Source: Clostridia bacterium (GTDB lineage Bacteria; Bacillota; Clostridia; Christensenellales; UBA1242). From it: a DNA stretch of 64,000 bases. The position numbers and the translations under genes are program-made. Positions within the stretch are counted from its first letter, which is position 1, and every line of letters starts with the position of its first letter. The stretch covers positions 52,930-116,929 of the forward strand of contig JBAXZR010000001.1 of assembly GCA_041670165.1 (NCBI GenBank), read 5' to 3'. Below, in pieces: positions 19,651 to 28,631 of this stretch. The notes under the pieces are model-generated. The model was given only the letters and a program-made list of their open reading frames with translations. It had not been told where the DNA came from and searched no databases.

Positions 19651-20889
19651 ATGATTTCACTAGATTTAATTAGAAATGAAACACAAAAAGTTAAAGAAAT
19701 GCTTGGATATAGAAATGATAATGTTGACATTGATCGTTTGCTTGAACTAGATACAGAATATCGTTCTGCTCTTAAAGATTTGGAATCTCTTCAGGCAAAA
19801 AGAAATGAATTAGCAAAAATTGGAAATGCAAGTGTTGCAGAAATTGCAAAAGCATTGAAGGCTCAAATTGTTCAAGTTTCAGCTTTGGTTGATAATTTGC
19901 TTTCTGAAAGAAACAAAATTTGGTCTATTGTGCCAAATATGCTTGATGAACGAGTTCCACAAGGCAAAAGTGATGCCGACAATGTTGAAATTAAAAGAGT
20001 AGGAACTCCACGCAAATTTACATTTGAACCAAAATGGCATGATGAACTTGCAACAAAACTTGGAATTTTAGATGTTAAAAATGGCATTAAGGTTTCAGCA
20101 AGTGGCTTTTTATATTGGATTGGAGATGGAGCTAGGCTTCAAAGAGCAATGTTTAATTTTGCACAAGATTTCTTGCTTCAAAGAGGCTTTACACTTTTAA
20201 CAACACCATTACTTGCTCGAAAAGAAACTTTTTTTGGCACTGGTTACTTGCCATTTGCAGGTGATCAACTATACACTGTAGGGGATACAGGTTTGTCGCT
20301 GATTGGAACAAGTGAACAAACACTTGTTGGATTTCATGCAGGTGAAACTATCGATTTAACAAAAGGTGCAATTTTGTATACTGCATTAACTCCTTGTTTC
20401 AGAACTGAAGCTGGTTCATATGGAAAAGAAACAAAAGGTGTATTTAGAGTTCATCAATTTTCAAAAGTTGAGCAAATTGTTTTCTGCAAGCCTGAAGAAT
20501 CAAGAAAATGGCACAATTTTTGTCTTGAGAATGAAGAAACTTTGTTTCAAAAGCTTGGTTTGCCATATAGAGTTGTGAATGTTTGCACAGGAGATCTTGG
20601 AGCTCCAGCTAGCATGAAATATGATATTGAAGGATTTTTTCCAGCCTACAATGGTTACAGAGAACTCACTTCAAATTCAAATTTATTAGATTTTCAAACA
20701 AGAAGATTGAATGTAAAATTTAAAAATGGAGATAAATCAGAATATCCTCACACAATTAGTGCAACAGGTATCACAGAAAGGGCAATGCTTGCAATTTTAG
20801 AAAATTATCAAAATGAAGACGGAAACATTACAATTCCTGAAGTGCTTGTTCCTTACATGGGTGGACAAACAATTATCACAAAAAAATAA
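19651..20889 (+). CDS. serS: Seryl-tRNA synthetase
   Basis: N-terminal coiled-coil arm (MISLDLIRNE...), class II motifs (FRVHQFSKVE, GTSEQT...). Confidence 0.95.
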   Translation: MISLDLIRNETQKVKEMLGYRNDNVDIDRLLELDTEYRSALKDLESLQAKRNELAKIGNASVAEIAKALKAQIVQVSALVDNLLSERNKIWSIVPNMLDERVPQGKSDADNVEIKRVGTPRKFTFEPKWHDELATKLGILDVKNGIKVSASGFLYWIGDGARLQRAMFNFAQDFLLQRGFTLLTTPLLARKETFFGTGYLPFAGDQLYTVGDTGLSLIGTSEQTLVGFHAGETIDLTKGAILYTALTPCFRTEAGSYGKETKGVFRVHQFSKVEQIVFCKPEESRKWHNFCLENEETLFQKLGLPYRVVNVCTGDLGAPASMKYDIEGFFPAYNGYRELTSNSNLLDFQTRRLNVKFKNGDKSEYPHTISATGITERAMLAILENYQNEDGNITIPEVLVPYMGGQTIITKK

Positions 20890-20905
20890 ATAAATGGAGT
20901 GCGAA

Positions 20906-21847
20906 ATGAACAAGATTCAAATTACAAAGTCAATAATAAATGATTTTGCAAGTGCAGAATCTAACGAAAGTGTTAGAAAAGCATTTGAGCATCTTCAATT
21001 CGCATTTGATGAAATAATCGAAACCCTTTCAAAAAAAAATCCTTTTATCAATCCAGAAAAATGTCTTTTTTTTCTTAGAGATGACTTTTTTTGGGACACA
21101 CAAACTCCAGAAAGTGAAATGAAATTTGTGTTAGCAGTTGAGTCAGCACAAATTGAATTAAATAGTGCAAAACTTATTCTAAGCAAGAAATCACTTTTTA
21201 AAAAAGAATTGAAAGCATTTTTTCTTAAATCGAGAAAAAAAAGAAGGAAGAAAAAAAATAAAGAGCTTAGTTCAACTCTTGTGCTTAAACCAGAATCATA
21301 TGATATTGTTGCGTTTCAAAAAGAATTCTTTTTAAATTTAGCTGACTATTTTGCAACAACTACAAAACTTAGAAACATGCAAGATGAAATTCAAATTTTA
21401 TCAAAGGAAGAGTTTGGTATAAACATAAGCATTAGATTTGCTGTTAAATCGGAAAATGTGTTTAAGTTTTGGAATGATGATGCAAATGCGTTTGATGTAA
21501 GAAATTTCTATAATGAAAATCAAATTGTTGAAAAGAAAAACAAAGAAACAAAAAAAATATTTCTTAAAATGGTAAAAGTTTATTCAAGTATTTTTGATGT
21601 TCTTAATGCAGGTCAAAACAGCCATTATTTAGCGTTTTGCTTGCTTAAAAATGTTCCAAATGAGTTGTTTGTTTCAAACATATTTGATTGCTTTTTAAAA
21701 ATTTCAAATTATTTATATCATACAAGTTTTAAAAATATGAAAGGAATTATTTTTTCAGACAAATTGTTATTTGGCGAAAATAATGAAACAGATATAAATT
21801 TTTTAGAAGCAAAAAAACTTATAAGAATGGTTTGCAATGCACTATAA
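20906..21847 (+). CDS. Hypothetical protein with an internal poly-basic insert
   Basis: Long ORF with a GGAG SD 7 nt before ATG 20906. KSRKKRRKKKNKE insert. No family recognised with confidence. Confidence 0.6.
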   Translation: MNKIQITKSIINDFASAESNESVRKAFEHLQFAFDEIIETLSKKNPFINPEKCLFFLRDDFFWDTQTPESEMKFVLAVESAQIELNSAKLILSKKSLFKKELKAFFLKSRKKRRKKKNKELSSTLVLKPESYDIVAFQKEFFLNLADYFATTTKLRNMQDEIQILSKEEFGINISIRFAVKSENVFKFWNDDANAFDVRNFYNENQIVEKKNKETKKIFLKMVKVYSSIFDVLNAGQNSHYLAFCLLKNVPNELFVSNIFDCFLKISNYLYHTSFKNMKGIIFSDKLLFGENNETDINFLEAKKLIRMVCNAL

Positions 21848-22248
21848 AATAGAGGTTAGAAAGCCTTTATTTTTTTAATTTTTTATAAGATAAAAAAATG
21901 TTTAAAATAAACATTTTACTAATTGTAGTTTAGTTTTATATTTATAATATGTTAGTTTTTCAAAATTCAAAATATAAAAGATTATTAGCTTAAATTAATT
22001 TTAAAATATAGATAATATTATAAACCACAATGATTTTGTGTTTTACCTTTGGTTAACTATTCGTAAAAGCTGTCTTTTGCGAATAGTTGTTCGTGCTAAT
22101 TTTTTAATAAAAATACTACCCTATACTAAATACAAACATTGAAATGTTTGATAAATATATATAAAAAATTTCAAATAACTAAAATAATTTGTATATAATT
22201 TTTAAAATTTTTCTAAAACAAAAATATACATATCTATCAATATTTTTT

Positions 22249-22457
22249 ACAAACTTTCTTATATTAAATTTTTTATTACTTTTTAAGTAAAATATTTACG
22301 AACTTTTTAAATGATTTATACATACTTTCTAAAATAAACACAAACTTTCTTATATATTTTTACAATTTTTATTATATGATTTTAAAACTGACTTGTAATA
22401 AATAAATTAGACAAACTTTCTTAAAATTTTCAATTTTTTTTCATACTTCAAAAATAA
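22249..22457 (+). repeat. Cluster of six same-orientation imperfect direct repeats, core ACAAACTTTCTTA
   Basis: ACAAACTTTCTTAT at 22249 and 22340, ACAAACTTTCTTA at 22411, and variants ACGAACTTTTTAA (22298), ACATACTTTCTAA (22320), TCATACTTCAAAA (22441). Spacing is irregular: 49, 22, 20, 71 and 30 nt. Confidence 0.5.
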
Positions 22458-22592
22458 TTTTTAAAGCTAGAAAAAGTATTAATACCTTGCAATTGATTTA
22501 AGTTTTTTAACATTTTGCATTTTTCTAACTTTTATCATTTTAAAAGATTTAAAAGTATTTCAAAATATTTTAAATTTTTTAGTTTGAATATA

Positions 22593-23240
22593 TTAAAACT
22601 TGATTTTCGGGTCAAGAACATAACTGTATTCTTTTAATTGTTTGCGTCTTTCTTTGTAATCTGGTACAAAACATTCTACACTTTTCCAAAAAATAGTTGA
22701 ATGGTTCATATGCTTTAAATGGCTAATTTCATGATAGATTACATATTGAATCAAGTCTTTTGGCAACATAAAAAGTTTTACATTGAGCATGATTTGTTTT
22801 TTACTGTTACAACTGCCCCAACTTCTTCTCAAACAATATAATTTTAATTTACTATTTTTAAGTGTAGTTTTAATGATGCTTTCATTAAACAACCTTTCAA
22901 GATTATTCTCTGCAAGAACTCTAAATTGTTTTAATACTTTTGTGTTTATTCTAATTGAATTTTCTTTTAAATTATTAAATAAAATTTCATTACAATCTTG
23001 ATGACAATATGCTTTTTCACCAAAAATTTGTAAACAGTTGCCACATAAAATTTCGTCAATTTTTAAGTTTTGAATTTGTTTTTGCTTTGAACATTTATCT
23101 AACCAAAGTTTATGTTTTTTAACAAAGTCTTCTATTGCTTCTGTTTTCATTTTTAATGGAGCTGATACTTCTGCTAAATCGCAATCCAACAATTTGAGTG
23201 TAATCGACTTGCGTCTTGTTCTTTTTATAATTATTTTCAT
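22593..23240 (-). CDS. DUF45/YgjP-like (WLM/M48-like) zinc metallohydrolase
   Basis: HEISHLKHMNHS (HExxH...H) near the C-terminus and the usual length for this family. Confidence 0.8.
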   Translation of the reverse strand: MKIIIKRTRRKSITLKLLDCDLAEVSAPLKMKTEAIEDFVKKHKLWLDKCSKQKQIQNLKIDEILCGNCLQIFGEKAYCHQDCNEILFNNLKENSIRINTKVLKQFRVLAENNLERLFNESIIKTTLKNSKLKLYCLRRSWGSCNSKKQIMLNVKLFMLPKDLIQYVIYHEISHLKHMNHSTIFWKSVECFVPDYKERRKQLKEYSYVLDPKIKF

Positions 23241-23242
23241 AT

Positions 23243-23296
23243 TAACATAATACCATACACTGCCCTATTTATCAATGAAATTTAGGTATTATGTTA
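23243..23296. promoter_or_regulatory. 12-bp perfect inverted repeat in the divergent DUF45/PadR promoter region
   Basis: TAACATAATACC (23243-23254) and GGTATTATGTTA (23285-23296), 30 nt apart. The left arm starts 3 nt upstream of the DUF45 start codon; the right arm lies 17 nt upstream of the padR-like -35. Confidence 0.45.
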
Positions 23297-23312
23297 TACA
23301 TAATACATTCTC

Positions 23313-23341
23313 TTGCTAAAATAAAAATTTTGCTTTATAAT
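23313..23341 (+). promoter_or_regulatory. SigA-type promoter of the PadR-like/ABC operon
   Basis: TTGCTA, 17-nt spacer, TATAAT; GGAGGA SD at 23385-23390 before ATG 23396. Confidence 0.55.
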
Positions 23342-23395
23342 GAACATATAGTCATATATAATAATATGTTTAAAAATGTTGTACGGAGGAAAAAA

Positions 23396-25018
23396 ATGAG
23401 TTCTTTAAACGAAATTCCTAGAGGTCAACTCCCAATGATCGTTTTATCAACACTTGTTAGTGGCGACAAATATGGTCTTGAAATTATTAGTGGAGTTGAA
23501 GAAAAGACAAATGGTGCACTTATCATAAAACAACCAAGTCTATATAGTGCCCTAAAGAGAATGGAAGAGAACTCCCTTATTACATCTTATTGGCAAAACA
23601 GCACAATTGGTGGAAGAAGACATTATTATGCAATTACAGATTCAGGTAAAGAACAACTATTAAAGTGGCAAGATTCAACTGAAAACAATAATAGCTTCAT
23701 GAAAAGTGCAATGAATCAAGTTAAAAATGATAACAATATTCAAAAAGAGCCTGTGCTTGAAAACACAAATGACACAACAAACGAAATTCAAAAAGCAGAA
23801 TCAATATTAAATAGTGCCTTAATTGAAAAACAAAAAGAGATTGAAACATTGAGTGCAAAAGTTGAAAATTCTTTGATTAATGCTAATGAAACAACAAATT
23901 GTGATGAAAAAAATGTTTCTATTGAAAACAAAATGCCCGATATTATTGTCCCAAATTTAACTAACACCAATCAAAATTTACCTATTGACGAAAAAAAACA
24001 GATTAAACCAGTTTATGTTCAGAATAATTTGTTCGATAATAATTCTAAAATTGCTGAACCTATTGATTTTGAAAACTGCGAAATTAAAAAAACAAAAGAT
24101 AAAGCTCTTGCAAAATCTTCAACAAAAATTAAAAAAGAATCATTTAATATTGATAAAGAATTGGAAAAAATAATAACAAGACCAAAAAGTTTTTTTGAGA
24201 CCATTCATGAACACCAAACTGTCATAGATAACACAGAAAATGATTTGTCAATAAAAAAAGATGGTGATGAAATTGAAGAAAAAATTGAAACCAAAAATAC
24301 TTTTTCTGAAAATGAAATCAATGAACAAAAATTCTCTTCTTTTGTAACAGAAAGGCTTGCTGAGGATAAATTTTTTAGAGTAAAAAAAATTCAACCTCCA
24401 ATTTTTGATATACGAACACCAACCAAATTTGTTAATGAAAAAACAAAAATAGAAATTTCAGATCCTGCACTACTTCAAGTTATTCAAAGCGACAAAGAAA
24501 TTGATAGACTTGAAATGTACTTGAAAGCGAAAAATGTTCAAATCAAGAAGTATACAAAATTTGCAAGTAAAAATTGTACTCAGATCAAAAAAATTAATTT
24601 TTATAAAAACAACTTTCTTGTTAGTTTATTCACAATTGTTTTGTCATTAATTATGTTTAGTGTACTCGTTTTTTCTCTTAAAAAATGGTTTGTTATAAGC
24701 AAAATAGAATCAATCATTAGTTTTACTATAATTACTCTTGTTTTGATTTATTTAGCATTGAATTTTATTTTAATGTTTATAAAACGACAACTTGTTGTTT
24801 ATATCCCAAGAAAATTAATTTGTAAAAAAATATATTTTTTGTCATATATACTTTTATGTTTAGCATGTTTTTCAATTTTTCTTCTGATGTTTTCATTTGA
24901 TATCAAAATTATAGATTTAATCTATAAAATGCTTTTAACAACATCAATTTTATTATTATATCCTTTTTCTTTTCTTTCTCAAAAAATTGTTAATAAAATA
25001 TATATGAACAAAATGTAA
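23396..25018 (+). CDS. Membrane-anchored PadR-family transcriptional regulator (wHTH, long low-complexity linker, 4 C-terminal TM helices)
   Basis: PadR wHTH (LPMIVLSTLVSGDKYGLEII...KQPSLYSALKRMEENSLITSYW...RRHYYAITDSGKEQL), a N/K/E-rich linker of roughly 330 aa, and four hydrophobic helices at the C-terminus. Start set at ATG 23396, which has a strong SD. Confidence 0.8.
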   Translation: MSSLNEIPRGQLPMIVLSTLVSGDKYGLEIISGVEEKTNGALIIKQPSLYSALKRMEENSLITSYWQNSTIGGRRHYYAITDSGKEQLLKWQDSTENNNSFMKSAMNQVKNDNNIQKEPVLENTNDTTNEIQKAESILNSALIEKQKEIETLSAKVENSLINANETTNCDEKNVSIENKMPDIIVPNLTNTNQNLPIDEKKQIKPVYVQNNLFDNNSKIAEPIDFENCEIKKTKDKALAKSSTKIKKESFNIDKELEKIITRPKSFFETIHEHQTVIDNTENDLSIKKDGDEIEEKIETKNTFSENEINEQKFSSFVTERLAEDKFFRVKKIQPPIFDIRTPTKFVNEKTKIEISDPALLQVIQSDKEIDRLEMYLKAKNVQIKKYTKFASKNCTQIKKINFYKNNFLVSLFTIVLSLIMFSVLVFSLKKWFVISKIESIISFTIITLVLIYLALNFILMFIKRQLVVYIPRKLICKKIYFLSYILLCLACFSIFLLMFSFDIKIIDLIYKMLLTTSILLLYPFSFLSQKIVNKIYMNKM

Positions 25019-25090
25019 AATTTAACAAATTTCTTTATGGACTTTTGCATGAATTTTGTGTATAATTTACTTGGAGGAAATCTTAAAGAA

Positions 25091-26023
25091 ATGTTTCCAG
25101 TTTTAGAAGTAATTAATATAACAAAAGCATATGGCTCAAGAGTTGTTGTTGACAATGTTTCTTTTTCTATAAACTCTGGGGAAATTTTAGGTTTCATAGG
25201 TCCAAATGGTGCTGGCAAAAGTACTGTAATAAAAATGATTACTGGTCTTGCTTCAATTGATTCTGGAGAAATTTTTATAAGCGGTCGTTCCGTTAAAAAG
25301 AATTTTGAAAAAGCAATAGAAAATGTTGGTGCAATAATTGAATCACCTGATCTATACAAGCATATGTCTGGATACCAAAATTTAAAGTTTTTTGCAAAAC
25401 TATCAAACAAACCAATTAATAAATCAAAGATATTAAGTACAGCAAAACTAGTTGGTCTTGATAACAGAATTTATGATAAATTTGGAAAATATTCTCTTGG
25501 TATGAAACAAAGACTAGGCATTGCTCAAGCAATTTTGCATAATCCCAAATTGATTATTCTTGATGAACCAACAAATGGTCTTGATGCTCAAGGCATTGTT
25601 GAAATGAGATTGTTTTTAAAAAGTCTTGCTCGTGAAGAACAAGTTGCAATTTTGATTTCTAGCCATATTTTATCTGAACTAGAAAATCTTTGCGACAATT
25701 TTGCAATAATTAATAATGGAAGAATTGTTGAATTTAAATCAATTGAAGATATATCCAATCAAAATAAAGATCCAAACTATTTTATAAAAGTATCCTACCC
25801 TAACTTTGCTGGAAAGCTTATTATTCAATCTTTAAATATTGATGCAAAACTTGCTGGAAACAAAGTTTTACTTAAAATTGAAGATTCTCAAATACCTGAA
25901 ATTTTTAAATTGTTAATTAAAAATGGAATTGATATATTTGGAGCAGACAAAATTCATAAATCACTTGAAAATGTTTTTATGGATATTGTAAAAAGCAAAA
26001 ATTCTGGAACTAGTGTTATATAA
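25091..26023 (+). CDS. ABC transporter ATP-binding protein (ABC-2 type)
   Basis: Walker A GPNGAGKST, signature YSLGMKQRL, Walker B LIILDEPTNGLD. GGAGGA SD before ATG 25091. Confidence 0.9.
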   Translation: MFPVLEVINITKAYGSRVVVDNVSFSINSGEILGFIGPNGAGKSTVIKMITGLASIDSGEIFISGRSVKKNFEKAIENVGAIIESPDLYKHMSGYQNLKFFAKLSNKPINKSKILSTAKLVGLDNRIYDKFGKYSLGMKQRLGIAQAILHNPKLIILDEPTNGLDAQGIVEMRLFLKSLAREEQVAILISSHILSELENLCDNFAIINNGRIVEFKSIEDISNQNKDPNYFIKVSYPNFAGKLIIQSLNIDAKLAGNKVLLKIEDSQIPEIFKLLIKNGIDIFGADKIHKSLENVFMDIVKSKNSGTSVI

Positions 26024-26034
26024 AGGAGCGAAAT

Positions 26035-27768
26035 TTGAAAGTTTTAAAATTGTCATTTGCTGAATTTTTTAAGGCAATTAAGAAACAAGGCATTTTGGGT
26101 ATGATTGCAATTCTTGCAGTAGTTCTTACTGTATGCGGTCTTATATACAAGCCAAAACCAAAAGATGATTTTAGAATTCAAATTGTTAAAGATAACACCG
26201 CAATTATGCTTGGAGAATTTAATAACAACGAATTGTACAAACCATATTATGATAATTTACTTCAAGAATCTATTGACAGAATTAATTATTACAAAAACAA
26301 CGATATTAATCAAAAAGCAATGTTAATTGCAAGATTGGAAGAAATTAAAGACAAAATTTTGACATTAGGACAAATTTGTGATTCAGCCATATTTGATAAG
26401 ACTTCTGCAAATCAAACTGTTTTGGCTTTAAGAACTCTTCTTGTAAACTTGAATTCAACATTCGAAACATATTTTAATCCTTCTTATATTTCAACTTATG
26501 CAAATTCCGAGAAAAAAACAGAAATGATTTCTCTTGTTGACTCTGCTATAAACATAATTCCCGTAACACTTCCAGAAACTACAGCCCAAACTTGGTATGT
26601 TTCCACTAGAACTGCAATTCGTAACAAGGATTTGCACACAAAGCTTTCTTCTTTTATTAATTCCATGTCAGTGATTCCAGTAGATGAAAGTGAACTTGAT
26701 GACATATTGACTATTATAGCAAGTTTCAATTCTGGCTGGAAAACTGAAATTTCAAACCAAATTAATAATTTTATGATTGAAAATCCAAGTAACAATCAAT
26801 TTAGTGTAAAAAGTAATTTGAATAGACTATTTACAAATTATGTTACAGCAATTAAAAGTGCTGTATCCTATGCAAACACTGCCCTATTAATTGAATTATC
26901 TAATGGTAAACCTGACATTGAACTTCAAAATTACATTGGTTTTGATACTTATAATTCTTACATTCAAAAAACAGAGTTTCAAAAAGCAAACTACTATTTG
27001 ATTAACAAAACATATTCAATAGATGTTCAAGATACAGTACCTTTTAATTACTCATCATCATTTAGTGAAAACGCATTTGATTTTGCTTTTTTTGCAACTG
27101 AAATATGTTGTGCTGTAATTCTGATTTTTTCTGTCTTTTTTGCTTCTGGAATGGTTGCAGGTGAACAAGCTTCAGGAACAATGAAAATGCTTGCTATAAG
27201 ACCATTTTCTCGTAGAAAAATAATATTAAGTAAAATTAAAGCAACCATGGGAATTTCTGTAACATTTATTATTCTTGCGTTTGTAACGGCACTTGGCATA
27301 GGATTCAATTTGTTTGGAGTGTCATTAAATCCTTTTTTGGTTGTGTTTAACAGCACAAGTACAATTTTGTTATCACCTATTCTTTTATCGTTGATTTATA
27401 TAATTTGTGCAACTATCAAAATTTATATATTTGTTAATTTTGCAATCTTTCTTTCTGTAACAACAAGATCAACAACTGGCTCTGTCATCATTTCATTTGT
27501 TGCTTACATACTTACACTTGTGCTAAATACAACACTTTCCATTTATCCAATATATAGTTATTTGCCTTTTGCAAGTTTTGATTTGTTTAAATTTTTTGGT
27601 GGTGGTTCAATCGCAACAGGTTTGTCTAGCGGAAATTTGATATCGATTTTCTCTTCTCCAGTTTTGAATAATTCAAACTTTTATATAAGTATTACAGTGT
27701 CTTTGGGAATTGCATTAATATTTAAACTTTTTTCAATTGCTTCATTTAAAAGAAGAGATATAGCTTAG
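26035..27768 (+). CDS. ABC-2 family permease with a large N-terminal extracytoplasmic domain
   Basis: TTG start 6-7 nt after an AAGGAG SD. One N-terminal TM, a soluble domain of roughly 330 aa, then about 5-6 TM helices. Adjacent to the ATPase gene, with an 11-nt gap. Confidence 0.75.
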   Translation: MKVLKLSFAEFFKAIKKQGILGMIAILAVVLTVCGLIYKPKPKDDFRIQIVKDNTAIMLGEFNNNELYKPYYDNLLQESIDRINYYKNNDINQKAMLIARLEEIKDKILTLGQICDSAIFDKTSANQTVLALRTLLVNLNSTFETYFNPSYISTYANSEKKTEMISLVDSAINIIPVTLPETTAQTWYVSTRTAIRNKDLHTKLSSFINSMSVIPVDESELDDILTIIASFNSGWKTEISNQINNFMIENPSNNQFSVKSNLNRLFTNYVTAIKSAVSYANTALLIELSNGKPDIELQNYIGFDTYNSYIQKTEFQKANYYLINKTYSIDVQDTVPFNYSSSFSENAFDFAFFATEICCAVILIFSVFFASGMVAGEQASGTMKMLAIRPFSRRKIILSKIKATMGISVTFIILAFVTALGIGFNLFGVSLNPFLVVFNSTSTILLSPILLSLIYIICATIKIYIFVNFAIFLSVTTRSTTGSVIISFVAYILTLVLNTTLSIYPIYSYLPFASFDLFKFFGGGSIATGLSSGNLISIFSSPVLNNSNFYISITVSLGIALIFKLFSIASFKRRDIA

Positions 27769-27796
27769 TTAACAAAATTATTTATATAAATTATTT

Positions 27797-27836
27797 AAAG
27801 ACTATTGAAATTTAAAATTATTAATAGTCTTTTTTG
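27797..27836 (+). terminator. Rho-independent terminator after the ABC operon
   Basis: AAAGACTATT...AATAGTCTTT stem followed by a T-run. Confidence 0.65.
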
Positions 27837-28169
27837 ATTTAATAATTGCTATATTTTGAACATAGAAAAATTGAATATCTCAAATATAATCATATTGAAG
27901 TTAATTATTTATAAGATTTTTGATTTGATAAATGAATAAACTCATTGAAAAATTACAAAATATCACAAATTAATGACTTATAAAAAATTGCTTGCAAAAA
28001 AATAATTTAATAATAAAAATATTAATTAAAAACATAAGATATATATTTTAAAACATTCAAAAGACTTTAGACTTTGAACAATTTATGTTTAAAACTCAAA
28101 TCTATTTCCACTAAGATAAATTGTTAAATTTTATTAAATAATAATAGAACCCTTCTAAATAATATAATA

Positions 28170-28625
28170 TTAATTTGATTGTTTAATTTGTTTGATTTTT
28201 TCAACTTCTGTTCTAGCCATTTCATCGCACAAATTGTTTAATTCATTGGTTGAATGCCCTTTTACCTTGTTCCAAGTGGTTTTATGTGGCTCTAAAAGAA
28301 CTAGTAATTTTTCCCATAAATCTTTGTTTGATACTGGCTTTTTATCAGCAGTTTGCCAATTGTTAATTTGCCAAGAATAAATCCAATTTTTTTGAAAAGC
28401 ATTTATAACATAAGCTGAATCGCTAAAAATTTCAATTGAGCAAGGTTCTTTCAAAACATTTAAAGCTGAAATAACAGCCATTAATTCCATACGATTATTA
28501 GTTGTTAATTCTTCTCCACCTGATATTTTTTTTTGAATATTATTAAAAATTAAAACTGCCCCCCAGCCACCAACACCGGGATTTACTGAACAAGCACCGT
28601 CTGTGTATATTTGTATTTTTTTCAT
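28170..28625 (-). CDS. rnhA: Ribonuclease HI
   Basis: MKKIQIYTDGAC...GGWG...TNNRMEL...SDS...WKKVKGH-like motifs. Start set at ATG 28625, because the longer track ORF would run into the promoter. Confidence 0.9.
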   Translation of the reverse strand: MKKIQIYTDGACSVNPGVGGWGAVLIFNNIQKKISGGEELTTNNRMELMAVISALNVLKEPCSIEIFSDSAYVINAFQKNWIYSWQINNWQTADKKPVSNKDLWEKLLVLLEPHKTTWNKVKGHSTNELNNLCDEMARTEVEKIKQIKQSN

Positions 28626-28631
28626 AGTTTG

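Noticed and set aside
19506-19730. N-terminal 75-aa extension of the recombinase ORF (the track start at 19730), which overlaps the serS start.
   Set aside because: The extension runs through the consensus serS promoter and SD and has non-protein-like composition. ATG 19505 (MKKSDDYF) gives a normal-length recombinase.
21925-21965. dif-like XerCD site (...TTTATAATATGTTAGTT...) in the long spacer, not far from the recombinase gene.
   Set aside because: Only about 7 of 11 positions match the remembered XerD arm (TTATGTAAACT), and no left arm is recognisable. A match of that quality is expected by chance in AT-rich DNA.
22133-22150. Palindrome CAAACATT-ga-AATGTTTG considered as a second LexA/SOS box, since it shares the CAAAC/GTTTG ends with the lexA box.
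   Set aside because: The half-sites are N8 apart rather than N4, and no gene lies downstream in either direction. It is kept only as part of the spacer description.
22249-22457. The direct-repeat cluster considered as a CRISPR array or a type III toxin-antitoxin RNA repeat.
   Set aside because: The repeats are only about 13 nt, imperfect and irregularly spaced (20-71 nt), with no cas genes or leader. They lie downstream of both flanking genes rather than upstream of a toxin gene.
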